Below are positions 43,549 to 52,811 of a DNA stretch of 64,000 bases, in pieces (the first letter of the stretch is position 1; each line of letters begins with the position of its first letter). The notes beneath the pieces are model-generated. The model had not been told where the DNA came from. It ran no database searches and saw only the letters and a program-made list of their open reading frames with translations. A program made the position numbers and the translations under genes. Origin of the DNA: an uncultured Candidatus Bathyarchaeia archaeon (GTDB taxonomy: Archaea; Thermoproteota; Bathyarchaeia; Bathyarchaeales; Bathyarchaeaceae); contig CAZUQX010000004.1 in NCBI GenBank assembly GCA_964623205.1, positions 38,064 to 102,063 of the forward strand, in the 5' to 3' direction.

Positions 43549-44654
43549 AGAGGATATTAGCAATTATGGGTGGCGCCCTCAGAGTTTGGTTCAGGAGTAA
43601 ATCCACCTTATTTTGGACTTTTGCCTTTCCAATTCTCCTAATGTTACTCTTCGGTGCAATCTTCAGTTATACTGAAAACCCAAGTTTTGATCTTTATGTA
43701 CAGAACCAAGACATCATCAACGGTGAAGCCACGCCGTTCTCTGCCACTTTTATTGCTATGCTGAATGAGACAGGTGTTCTGAACCTCAAGATGGTTGACG
43801 CCACTGAGAACACAGCAGAATACATTGACGAGAAAGGTGTTGAAAGGCTTCTTTTAATTCCTGAGGGTTTCCACCAGTCTTGTCTTAACAATAGTGCAAC
43901 CGTTGTTCTGAAGGCGGTTCCCCCGGAGGTTGACGCTTCGTCGGCAACAGTAAGAGGACTGGTTGAACAGATTGTAGAATACTTCAATACCGTTACAACG
44001 GGAGAGAACCCACCACAAGTAGTTACAGTTCAACTGGAAAGCTTGGTCTCCGAAAATTACCGGTTCATCGATTTTTTTGTTCCAGGCTTAATTGGAATGA
44101 CCTTGATGACCACGGGTGTGTTCGGAGCTATTGGATGGAATACCCGAAATAGAGAGCTTGGGATATTAAAGAAGTTAGCCACAACTCCCCTCTCAAAGTT
44201 CGAATGGATTATTGGGGTGGTTCTCTTCGAACTGGTCATGTGTGCACTCTCAACAGCAGTCATTTTAACCCTTGGAGTTTTGGTATTCAATTTGAGGGTT
44301 CTACCGAACGTTTACTCCATAATTCTAATCGTTGCAGGTGCAATAACCTTCCCGGGAATGGGCATGGTAATCGCAAGATTCGTGAAAGAAACCGATTCAG
44401 CTGATGCCGCCGCAAACGCGATAACATTTCCGATGATGTTTCTGTCAGGCAGCTTCTTCCCTTTAGAGATGATGCCCCCTTTCCTTCGAGAGATCGCGAA
44501 CGTTTTGCCTCTAACCTATCTCAATAATGGATTAAGAGATTCCATGGTTTATGGCAATGCATCAAGCGCATTATACAACACAGCAATAATCTTGGCGGTT
44601 GGCATATTTTTCATAATATTGGGTTCCCTAATAACAAACTGGAGAGAAGACTAA
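43545..44654 (+). CDS. ABC-2 type transporter permease
   Basis: 4-nt overlap with the ATPase gene. N-terminal TM, a large loop, then five C-terminal TM helices. Confidence 0.8.
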   Translation: MKRILAIMGGALRVWFRSKSTLFWTFAFPILLMLLFGAIFSYTENPSFDLYVQNQDIINGEATPFSATFIAMLNETGVLNLKMVDATENTAEYIDEKGVERLLLIPEGFHQSCLNNSATVVLKAVPPEVDASSATVRGLVEQIVEYFNTVTTGENPPQVVTVQLESLVSENYRFIDFFVPGLIGMTLMTTGVFGAIGWNTRNRELGILKKLATTPLSKFEWIIGVVLFELVMCALSTAVILTLGVLVFNLRVLPNVYSIILIVAGAITFPGMGMVIARFVKETDSADAAANAITFPMMFLSGSFFPLEMMPPFLREIANVLPLTYLNNGLRDSMVYGNASSALYNTAIILAVGIFFIILGSLITNWRED

Positions 44655-44874
44655 ACACACAGGAATATCGCCTGAACGAAGCGACTGCTCACACCATTCA
44701 AAGGTCACCGGTTCCACCACAGCCTCAAAATCCAGCCTTCATATTAGGCGCCTAATCACAGCAGTATGTTGAAAACAGTACTTTTTTGAAAATTCTTGAG
44801 AGCCAATTCTTTTGCAGCAATCTTTGAAGAAATGAAATTTCGTATCTCTCTTGTATATTTTTTATGTGGAGCAG

Positions 44875-45063
44875 TTACTCTCGGTTAAGTCGTGCAGTTA
44901 GTAGGAGCACCAGTCCAGCCGTGAAGAATATTGCTTCAAAGAACTCATGGTGAAAGATATCCCCTATATCAAAGAATCTTCCGCTAATCATGAAATGATG
45001 GAGAACACCTAACAAACCTAACAGAACGAAGCCGAAACCTAAGACCCTGAATGTTTTCTCCAT
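44875..45063 (-). CDS. Hypothetical two-TM small membrane protein
   Basis: 62 aa with two hydrophobic helices. Confidence 0.3.
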   Translation of the reverse strand: MEKTFRVLGFGFVLLGLLGVLHHFMISGRFFDIGDIFHHEFFEAIFFTAGLVLLLTARLNRE

Positions 45064-45181
45064 ATTCCATCGAAAACAAATCGCGGAACTCGTTTATAAA
45101 AACCATGTTTCCAAAAAACCATGCAAAGATTTATTTTTTGCCTTGTTTCAACTTAAATCCGAGAAACAAGGGTGTGCCTAA

Positions 45182-45784
45182 TTGAGGGAACCTTTTGCCG
45201 AATTTGTTGAAGCTGAGTTAAGCCCAACCATTCTATTAATTACCTGTGGTCTTCCAGGAACTTGGAAAACCGAGACATCCCAGGAAATCTCTAAAATCAA
45301 GGGATACCCAATTCTTCGAACCGATTTGATTCGACTGGAAGTTCTTGAAAATGAGGATATCTTTGACGCGAAAGTTGCGGGAAACATGTCCAAACGAGAG
45401 CTTGTCTATGATGAGATGTTTCGGCGAGCAGAGGATTTTGCACAGAAAGGAAAAGGTGTGGTTTTAGATGCTACTTTTGTAACTCAGAAACTGCGGAGAC
45501 GTGCCGCTGAGGTTGCCGCAAAAAACGGAATACCTTTTGTTATACTTCAGACTAGTTGCTCTGAAGAAGCGTCCATTGCAAGAATCTTGCGGAGAACCAA
45601 AGAGAAGTATGAATCGAACGCCTTGACTAGGCAAGCCTATCTTAATAACAAGAAACGGTTTGAACCTGTTGACTTGGATGACCTGAAACAGAGACATCCG
45701 CATCTTGAGATAATGCACTTGATAGTTGACACCGAATATGACAATCCTGAAGATTGGTATATAATCGGGAAAGAAGTTAGATAA
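45182..45784 (+). CDS. P-loop kinase-like ATPase (AAA_33 / polynucleotide-kinase-like)
   Basis: LLITCGLPGTWKTETS P-loop. Size and layout resemble AAA_33 kinases. Confidence 0.6.
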   Translation: MREPFAEFVEAELSPTILLITCGLPGTWKTETSQEISKIKGYPILRTDLIRLEVLENEDIFDAKVAGNMSKRELVYDEMFRRAEDFAQKGKGVVLDATFVTQKLRRRAAEVAAKNGIPFVILQTSCSEEASIARILRRTKEKYESNALTRQAYLNNKKRFEPVDLDDLKQRHPHLEIMHLIVDTEYDNPEDWYIIGKEVR

Positions 45785-45801
45785 TTGGGCTCAGTTGTAT
45801 C

Positions 45802-46674
45802 ATGATAATAGATTTGCATATTCACTCAAAGAATTGCTCCGATGGAAATTTGTTTATTGAAGAGATTGTCGAAGAAGCTAAAGCCAGAAACATCGGGTTA
45901 ATGTCGATTACCGACCACGACTCGATTGGCTGCCAAAAGAAAGCTGAGGCTCTGGCAAAGAAAAACAGAATCCAATACGTGTATGGGGTTGAATTGAGTG
46001 TGTCCTTTTCTCACCCCAAATTAACCAATGGTAAACTAATACCCTTAGACTTCTTGGGATATCAATATGACATAAACAACAAAGAACTGAAGAAAAAGCT
46101 TCAACAACTACGCAAATATCGAGAAGAACGAGCAGCAAAAATCTTGGAAAAGATTAACGCAGAATTCGAAAAAGAAGGAATCCAAAACTTAACAAAAAAT
46201 GATTGGAACGCGATTCGAGGCTCCGCTGATGGAGCAGTAGGACGACCTCACATAGCAGATTATCTGGTGAAAAAGCGAATTGTCAGAAATAGGCAAGAAG
46301 CCTTTGACAAGTATCTCGTGAAATGCAACGTTCCCAAGTATCCTCTTCACGTTGAAGAAGCATCAAGGCTGCTGAGAAATGCTGGGGGAATAGTGGTGTT
46401 AGCCCACCCCAACGACCCATACGGAATCTCACTCGTGAAGTTGACCAAATCACTACAAAAACAGGCAGATATTATCAAGGATTCGTTACTAAAGCACATT
46501 GACGGCATAGAATGTTGGCACTCCAGAAACGACGCCGAAACAACGAAACATTACGTGAACTTTTCAAAAAAACACGGACTAATCATGACTGGAGGAAGCG
46601 ATTGCCACCAGAAGCCTATCATCATGGGAACGGTTAAAATCCCAGATTTTGTGGCTCAGCAATTCATTAGCTAG
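45802..46674 (+). CDS. PHP-domain metal-dependent phosphoesterase (TrpH/YciV-like)
   Basis: IDLHIHSKNCSDG, SITDHDS, VLAHPNDPY, GGSDCH motifs. Confidence 0.8.
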   Translation: MIIDLHIHSKNCSDGNLFIEEIVEEAKARNIGLMSITDHDSIGCQKKAEALAKKNRIQYVYGVELSVSFSHPKLTNGKLIPLDFLGYQYDINNKELKKKLQQLRKYREERAAKILEKINAEFEKEGIQNLTKNDWNAIRGSADGAVGRPHIADYLVKKRIVRNRQEAFDKYLVKCNVPKYPLHVEEASRLLRNAGGIVVLAHPNDPYGISLVKLTKSLQKQADIIKDSLLKHIDGIECWHSRNDAETTKHYVNFSKKHGLIMTGGSDCHQKPIIMGTVKIPDFVAQQFIS

Positions 46675-46687
46675 AAAGATTTTCTGA

Positions 46688-47788
46688 TTAAAGCTGTCTT
46701 GCATAGTTGGCGGCTAACTCGAAATATGCCTTCGCCTCTTTCTTTGCTTCACTCTTCTCCTCACTGTCCACACTGGGGTCTTTTAGTTTAAAACTGATAA
46801 CTTTTCCTCGTACGTAAGCGCGATAGCACTTGTAGAAGTGAAGAAGTTTCCTCAACTTTTGGTCTCCCGAATACTTCACATAGCTTTCAACGAAGAAACT
46901 AGACAGGTCACTTCGTTCCTTAAAGTCCAAGTCCATGGCTAAGAAAGCGATTTCGGAGGCAACATCACAATACCTGAATCTTTCGTTAAATTCTATCGCG
47001 TCAAAAATATAGATCTTGTCTGCAATGAAGATGTTACCCGAATGAATGTCTCCATGGCAATCTCTGATTCGATTCTCACTCACTCTCTCAGCAAACAAAG
47101 ACGCATTTCTCTTCATGAAATCATCTGTTCTTTCACGGATTAATCTGTAACTTTCCAAGGATATCGTTTTGCCGATGAATCCCTGACTTTGCTCGAAATT
47201 CTCCCTCCAATTTGTTTCTATCATCGGCAAGGACCCGAACTCACCTATTCTCTTATTCGTTTTCGCTTTTGAATGGAACTCAGCAATGATCCTCGCCATT
47301 CTGTCAATTAGTTTTCTATCAACCTTATTATCTTCAAGAAGCTTAGTCATCATCGTTTCTTCAGGCATTCTCTTCATCTTTAAGGCATATTCAACGGTTA
47401 CTCCTTCGCCTTTCATTTTGATAACATCTGATCTGTTGACAGGAACAACCTCAAGGTACATGTCTCCACATAATCGTCTATTGAGGTCCAACTCTTTTTC
47501 ACAGAAGAACCGTCTCTTTTCGAGGGTTGTGAAATCTAAGAATCCGAAGTCTACAGCCTTTTTGACCTTGTAAACAAAATTTCTAGTTAAGAAGATGAAG
47601 GATATGTGGGTTTGTTTTAGTTCAATTCGACCCGGTTCTTCGTCATAGGCTTCAGGCTTCCTCAAAGCTTCTACCACCTGCTTCTGAACCGTCAGGTTAT
47701 CTCCAAGCTTGTCAGATTCAAACTCGGCTATTCTATTAGGCGACATAACTATCCCACATTGATATATCATTGCTGAAGCTATATTCAA
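46688..47788 (-). CDS. APH-like (aminoglycoside phosphotransferase fold) kinase family protein
   Basis: Catalytic loop CHGDIHSGNIF followed by IFDAIEFNERFRYCDVASEIAFLAMDL. Confidence 0.65.
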   Translation of the reverse strand: MNIASAMIYQCGIVMSPNRIAEFESDKLGDNLTVQKQVVEALRKPEAYDEEPGRIELKQTHISFIFLTRNFVYKVKKAVDFGFLDFTTLEKRRFFCEKELDLNRRLCGDMYLEVVPVNRSDVIKMKGEGVTVEYALKMKRMPEETMMTKLLEDNKVDRKLIDRMARIIAEFHSKAKTNKRIGEFGSLPMIETNWRENFEQSQGFIGKTISLESYRLIRERTDDFMKRNASLFAERVSENRIRDCHGDIHSGNIFIADKIYIFDAIEFNERFRYCDVASEIAFLAMDLDFKERSDLSSFFVESYVKYSGDQKLRKLLHFYKCYRAYVRGKVISFKLKDPSVDSEEKSEAKKEAKAYFELAANYARQL

Positions 47789-48657
47789 TGAAGAGCTAGA
47801 TCTTCATAAAACATTTCCGTGACAAATTATGTGGCGAATCCAAAATCGAAGTCGGTGATCCATCTCGGGATTTTTTCTAGGCTATTTGTTAGTTTTGATT
47901 CGGATTTCGAATATGGACTGTTATTCGTGATTCATACTCAAGCTTCATACAAGTTAAATCTGATAACGAAGAAAGGCTTTTTTGGCGCGTGGGGACCGGC
48001 AATTATGCAGAGGACAAAGCTGGAAACGCATATTAACTTCGATAGAAACGCGGACAACAAAAACGCGTTAACAGAAACTCCTATTGCGAATAAAGACAAC
48101 TTCGTAAACCAGAAAGTTCTGAAACAATTGGAAGTTTTTGCTCAAAACCGCCTCGGTAAGCACCTGCCCTGCAGAACAATGGATAATTCCATTACTGAAA
48201 AAAGAGTTCACACGGCATTCACATGCCTCGGGAAACCAAGTTATCCTTTAAACAGGCACCCTACGCGCCCATCTGAAATTATGGGGGTATAGCGTATGGA
48301 TTTGCGAGTTAACATCGACAATGAGCTCCGCAGGATACGAAGAAAAATAGATAAAGAAAAGAGCTCGGCTAAGAAGCTTCGTTTAATTGAGGCATACGAA
48401 GACCTTGTATATACCTTAAAAGGTCATTAACTAAAGTTAAGCTGATGTGAAAGATTCCGCCATCTTTCTAAGCTTTCATGGCAAGGTCGCGCCATGATGT
48501 TTGGGAGAGTAGCCTTTATAGAGATGGATGGCGTATCTGGATAACCAAGCTTCCTAGACTGGGTTCTTGAAAAGATAGTGATAGTTTCTGAGTATCCGTC
48601 TTTTTCTTTCGCCATAAACCCTTAAATATCCTGCTTGTTACTGACTTGACGATAGAA

Positions 48658-49128
48658 ATGCCAAAATGGGGATACTCAATAACCGACATGGATCCTGACA
48701 AAACGGTCAAAGCCAGCGGACGCGAATTGAGAATATCCCCCAAACACGCACGAGAAGTGTGCAAAACAATAAAAGGAATGAAGCTCGACCAAGCCAAAGA
48801 ATACCTTCAACAGGTTATCCTAAAGAAAAAACCCGTTCCCTTCCGAAGACATAACAAAAAAGTAGGCCACCGCCACGGTCTAGAAAACGCCTTCGCCGGC
48901 AGATATCCCGTTAAGGCTGCACAACAAATTTTGAAGGTTATTGAGGGCGCAGAGGCAAACGCAGAATTCAAAGGCCTTGACATGGAGCGGCTTCGAATAA
49001 TTCATGCCTCAGCCTACCCGGGAATGAAGATAAAACGATCTATTCCCCGAGCCTTCGGGCGATCATCACCCCGCGTTAACACCGTTTCTCACGTAGAGCT
49101 TGTTCTGGAAGAGATGGAGGGAACCTAA
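48658..49128 (+). CDS. rpl22: 50S ribosomal protein uL22
   Basis: MPKWGYS...ASGRELRISPKHAREVC...KKVGHRHG...SHVELVLEE. Confidence 0.92.
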   Translation: MPKWGYSITDMDPDKTVKASGRELRISPKHAREVCKTIKGMKLDQAKEYLQQVILKKKPVPFRRHNKKVGHRHGLENAFAGRYPVKAAQQILKVIEGAEANAEFKGLDMERLRIIHASAYPGMKIKRSIPRAFGRSSPRVNTVSHVELVLEEMEGT

Positions 49129-50339
49129 TGTCAGTGGTTAAGCATTTTATCGAAGATTCAATAAAGAAGGCAGAGATTGACGAATTTTTGCGGAATGAAT
49201 TTGAAAGAGCAGGATACGGTGGCGTAAGCATCACAAAAACCCCCCTAGGAACCCACCTAGTGGTATATACCATGCGCCCCGGTCTGGTCATCGGAAGAGG
49301 CGGAGAAACCATAAGAGAACTTGCAACAGTCCTCGAAGAGAAGTTCCAGCTCCCCAGCCCCCAGATTTCAGTAGCCGAAATCGAAATTCCTGAACTTAAC
49401 GCCCATGTTGTGGCGTCACGAATTGCTTCAGCATTGAAACGGGGCGTTCACTATCGAAGAGCTGGTTTCTGGGGCTTAAACCAAATTATGGAAGCGGGTG
49501 CCCTAGGTGCAGAGGTTATTATAAGCGGAAAGTTAAGGACGGACAGGGCTCGATACGAAAAATTTCGAACAGGATACTTGCCTAAGAGTGGGGAACCTCC
49601 GAGGAAATACATGAGAGCAGCGGAGTTACACGTCCAGCTGAAACCTGGAATTTTGGGAGTAAAAGTGCGGATAATACCCCCTGATGCACAATTTCCAGAT
49701 CAAGTAAAAATACAAATAATTGAGGAAGAAGTTGAGAGCGAAACAGAAGGAGAGATCGTGGAGGAAAAGGTGGCAGCAGAGGAGAAAGTAGCTAAACCAG
49801 AAGTTCTCCCAACTGAAGAAAAGGTGGTAGTGGAAGAGAAGAAAGCTGAACCAACAGCTCCTACTGCTGAAAAGAAAGCGGAAGTGAAAAAGAAAGTAGC
49901 TAAACCCAAGGTTCCTTCTGCCAAAGAAAAGAAGAAGGTAGAGAAAAAGAAGAAACCTAAATCAAAGGTTCCTCCTGCTAAAGAAAAGGCTGTGGAAAAG
50001 AAGGTAGCTGGACCAGCGGTTCCTGTTGAAGAAAAAATGGTGACGAAGAAGAAAGCAGCCGGAAAAAAGGTTTCTAAGCCTAAAGAAAAGGCGAAAACAG
50101 AAGAGAAGAAAGCTGAACCCGAGGCTCCCCCTGTTAAAAAGAAAAGGGTAACGAAGAAGAAAATATCTAAACCTGAGGTTTCGACTGCTGAAAAAAAGAA
50201 GGTAAAGAAGAAGAAAGCGACTAAACAGAAAGCAGCTAAGTCAAAGTCTCCTACTGCTGAAGAAAAAGCTGTGACTAAAAAGAAAAAGGCTAAACCCAAG
50301 GTTCCTCCGACCAAAAAAACAAAAAAGGCAGGAAAATAA
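49128..50339 (+). CDS. rps3: 30S ribosomal protein uS3 with a ~200-aa lysine-rich repeat C-terminal extension
   Basis: KH-domain core GYGGVSITKTPLGTHLVVYTMRPGLVIGRGGETIREL. From about nt 49715 onward the sequence is K/E/P/V/A repeats. Confidence 0.9.
   Translation: MSVVKHFIEDSIKKAEIDEFLRNEFERAGYGGVSITKTPLGTHLVVYTMRPGLVIGRGGETIRELATVLEEKFQLPSPQISVAEIEIPELNAHVVASRIASALKRGVHYRRAGFWGLNQIMEAGALGAEVIISGKLRTDRARYEKFRTGYLPKSGEPPRKYMRAAELHVQLKPGILGVKVRIIPPDAQFPDQVKIQIIEEEVESETEGEIVEEKVAAEEKVAKPEVLPTEEKVVVEEKKAEPTAPTAEKKAEVKKKVAKPKVPSAKEKKKVEKKKKPKSKVPPAKEKAVEKKVAGPAVPVEEKMVTKKKAAGKKVSKPKEKAKTEEKKAEPEAPPVKKKRVTKKKISKPEVSTAEKKKVKKKKATKQKAAKSKSPTAEEKAVTKKKKAKPKVPPTKKTKKAGK
49715..50336 (+). repeat. Coding low-complexity lysine-rich repeat region (uS3 tail)
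   Basis: Recurrent KKKVAKPKVP(S/P)-type units. DNA-level repeats include aaagtagctaaacccaaggttcct (49893) / aaggctaaacccaaggttcct (50285) and gaagagaagaaagctgaacc at 49833 and 50101. Confidence 0.85.
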
Positions 50340-50340
50340 G

Positions 50341-50556
50341 ATGGCAATTTTACGATTAAAAGACATTCGAGACATGTCTTCTGAGGAACGAAGCGAGAAA
50401 GTAACCGAATTCCGAACAGAACTAGCAAGACTGAAAACCATGGTTGAAGCAGGCGGATCCATCGACAATCCCACCCGAATCCGGGAACTCCGCAAAACCA
50501 TCGCACGCCTTCTCACAATAGAAGCCGAAGAAACACAAGGAAAGGAAAAGAAATGA
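50341..50556 (+). CDS. rpl29: 50S ribosomal protein uL29
   Basis: MAILRLKDIRDMSSEERSEKVTEFRTELARLK. Confidence 0.9.
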   Translation: MAILRLKDIRDMSSEERSEKVTEFRTELARLKTMVEAGGSIDNPTRIRELRKTIARLLTIEAEETQGKEKK

Positions 50557-50837
50557 TGAAGGTAACAGCAAGCATAGTTCAGCATGAATTTATCGGCCTC
50601 GAAACCACGGTTGTTAGAAGTTCAAACCCCCACGTAGTGGGAATCGCGGGCAGAGTAGTTGACGAAACCCGCAACACCATTACAATATTACATAAGGGTA
50701 AAAGAAGGGTTATTATCAAGGATACTGCCATTTTTGATTTTTTTATGCCGGACGGAACAGTTGTAGAAATAGATGGCAAGGTTATCGTGGGACGACCTGA
50801 AGATCGACTTAAGAAGCGACCTAGGAGGTTATGGTAG
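50553..50837 (+). CDS. rnp1: RNase P protein component 1 (Rpp29/Pop4)
   Basis: HEFIGLETTVVRSSNPHVVGIAGRVVDETRNTITI. Canonical archaeal position between uL29 and uS17. Confidence 0.85.
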   Translation: MMKVTASIVQHEFIGLETTVVRSSNPHVVGIAGRVVDETRNTITILHKGKRRVIIKDTAIFDFFMPDGTVVEIDGKVIVGRPEDRLKKRPRRLW

Positions 50838-51155
50838 ATGGCAGCCCTCACTTCCAAAAGACCAAAGAAAACATGTGATGATGTTAACTGTCCGTTTCAC
50901 GGAACGCTCTCCCTGAGGGGACACGCTCTAGAAGGAGATGTCGTCAGCAGCAAGATGGATAAAACTATCATCGTCCGCCGCGACTACCTGAACTACGTGC
51001 CAAAATACAGAAGGTATGAACGAAGACGCAGCAACACACCTGCCCACAGCCCTCCCTGCCTAAACGTCAAAGTAGGAGACCGAGTGAGATTAGCCGAGTG
51101 TCGCCCAATAAGTAAAAACGTCTCGTTCGTTGTCATCGAGAAACTGGAGGAATAA
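50838..51155 (+). CDS. rps17: 30S ribosomal protein uS17
   Basis: [11 protein letters not shown]...[12 protein letters not shown]...[15 protein letters not shown]. Confidence 0.92.
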   Translation: MAALTSKRPKKTCDDVNCPFHGTLSLRGHALEGDVVSSKMDKTIIVRRDYLNYVPKYRRYERRRSNTPAHSPPCLNVKVGDRVRLAECRPISKNVSFVVIEKLEE

Positions 51156-51159
51156 CCTA

Positions 51160-51600
51160 ATGTCGTCAAGAGCAAAGTCGCGGGCATTCATGGCAAAGGG
51201 CGTCGTCGGTCAGAGACCAAAGGTTTCTCGAGGATTACCCGCCGGATCAGTAGTGAAGTGCTCAGACAACTCGGGTGCTCGAGAGTTGCGAATAATCCAA
51301 GTTATCGGGTACAAAGGACGTTTAAGAAGAGTTCCGACAGCTGCTGTTGGAGATTTGGTTGCCGTCTCGGTTAGAAAGGGAACTCCAGACATGCGAAAAA
51401 AAATCTTTCACGCCGTTGTGGTTAGACAGAGAAAACCCTATCGGCGTGCTGAAGGAATCTGGATTCAATTCGAGGACAACGCTGTTGTCATCATGACTCC
51501 AGAGGGGGAAATGCGGGGCTCAGAAATCCGAGGACCCATTGCGAAGGAGGCAGCGGAGAGATGGCCTAGAATCGCCAGCGCCGCCAGCATCATTGTATAG
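51160..51600 (+). CDS. rpl14: 50S ribosomal protein uL14
   Basis: [15 protein letters not shown]...[12 protein letters not shown]. Start set at the ATG after the GGAGG SD (alternative 51190). Confidence 0.9.
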   Translation: MSSRAKSRAFMAKGVVGQRPKVSRGLPAGSVVKCSDNSGARELRIIQVIGYKGRLRRVPTAAVGDLVAVSVRKGTPDMRKKIFHAVVVRQRKPYRRAEGIWIQFEDNAVVIMTPEGEMRGSEIRGPIAKEAAERWPRIASAASIIV

Positions 51601-51612
51601 GAGATGTGAGAG

Positions 51613-52071
51613 ATGAAGACAACAAAACCTGGAAAACAGAGAAAGAAACTGTATCAAGCTCCTCTGAAAGAACGATACAGAAGATTCTCTGCGCCCCTCT
51701 CGTCTAAGCTGAAAGAGTCTCACAGCACAAGCTCAGTTCCTGTGAGAAGCGGTGACACTGTCATGATCATGAGGGGAGACCGCAAGGGCTCCGAAGGAAA
51801 GGTCACTCGGGTTGACCGGAAAAATTACAGAATATTCGTTGAGGGAGTGGACCGAGAAAAGGTGGACGGAACCAAGACATTCATTCCTATTCATCCCTCA
51901 AAGGTTATGATAACACGCCTAAATCTTGATGACAAATGGCGCAAAAAGATTCTGAAGAGAAAAGGTGTACCTGAGAAAGCTGAAATCATCGAAGAAGAGG
52001 AGCCACCGAAGAAAGCGGCAGAAAAGAAGAGAAAGCCAAGTAAACGAACCAAAAAATCTGGAGGAACATGA
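51613..52071 (+). CDS. rpl24: 50S ribosomal protein uL24 (KOW) with charged C-terminal tail
   Basis: VRSGDTVMIMRGDRKGSEGKVTRVD. Tail is EEEEPPKKAAEKKRKPSKRTKK. Confidence 0.9.
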   Translation: MKTTKPGKQRKKLYQAPLKERYRRFSAPLSSKLKESHSTSSVPVRSGDTVMIMRGDRKGSEGKVTRVDRKNYRIFVEGVDREKVDGTKTFIPIHPSKVMITRLNLDDKWRKKILKRKGVPEKAEIIEEEEPPKKAAEKKRKPSKRTKKSGGT

Positions 52072-52072
52072 G

Positions 52073-52810
52073 TTGGGAAGAAAAGGCGAAAGCGGACATT
52101 TGAAGAGGAAACCGGCGCCAAAGATGTGGCCTATTCACCGAAAGGAAGCTGTTTGGACCGTTAAACCCAAACCCGGTCCTCATTCCCTTTCAAGTTCCTT
52201 ACCGCTTGGACTTATCGTCCGAGATATACTTAAATTCGCTAAAACAGGTAAGGAATCAAAAAATATAATTTCTCAAGAAAAGATAACGATTGACAGAAAA
52301 GTCAGACGGGACGAGCATTTTCTTGTCGGTTTGATGGATGTCATCTCGATACTTGACACTAAAAAATCTTATCGAGTCCTACCTTCTAGGAAAGGACTCT
52401 TTCTTCATCCAATCAAATCCGGTGAAGACGCTTTCAAACTCTGTCGAATAGAAGACAAAACAACTGCAAAGGGTGGGCATGTTCAACTCGATCTTCATGA
52501 CGGAACAAGCTACCTGCTCCCAGAAAAGGATGTCTATCAAACGCTAGACGTCCTGAAACTCAGTATCCCTGATCGAGAACTTCTTGGACACACGAAACTA
52601 ACTACCGGAGCTCCTGCAATAGTCACTAGAGGAAAAAACATAGGTAAGTATGGCAAGATCACCACCATCGAAAAGAAACCAAACCAAAAACGGAGAGACC
52701 TTATCGTCACACTCGAAGACAAAAATGGAGAACAATTCCAGACAATCCTCGATTTTGTCTTCATCCTAGGCGATACTGAACCTTTCATATCCCTACCGGA
52801 GGCTGATTAA
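52073..52810 (+). CDS. rps4e: 30S ribosomal protein eS4
   Basis: TTG start giving MGRKGESGHLKRKPAPKMWPIHRKE, the canonical eS4 N-terminus. The longer ORF from 51965 overlaps uL24. Confidence 0.9.
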   Translation: MGRKGESGHLKRKPAPKMWPIHRKEAVWTVKPKPGPHSLSSSLPLGLIVRDILKFAKTGKESKNIISQEKITIDRKVRRDEHFLVGLMDVISILDTKKSYRVLPSRKGLFLHPIKSGEDAFKLCRIEDKTTAKGGHVQLDLHDGTSYLLPEKDVYQTLDVLKLSIPDRELLGHTKLTTGAPAIVTRGKNIGKYGKITTIEKKPNQKRRDLIVTLEDKNGEQFQTILDFVFILGDTEPFISLPEAD

Positions 52811-52811
52811 C

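Noticed and set aside
47819-48292. 157-aa plus-strand ORF between the APH-like kinase and uL22
   Set aside because: No motifs, a weak start context and atypical composition. It is possibly non-coding or a decayed gene, so it is not reported as a feature.
48431-48645. C/D-box sRNA upstream of uL22 (atgatgt … ctga)
   Set aside because: The box-like strings are ~95 nt apart with no C'/D' pair or terminal stem, so the spacing does not fit archaeal C/D sRNAs.
49700-50585. 268-aa and 114-aa antisense ORFs opposite the uS3 tail and uL29
   Set aside because: They are the reverse complement of the lysine-codon (AAG/AAA) repeats, giving F/L/S-rich low-complexity frames. The sense strand encodes recognisable r-proteins.
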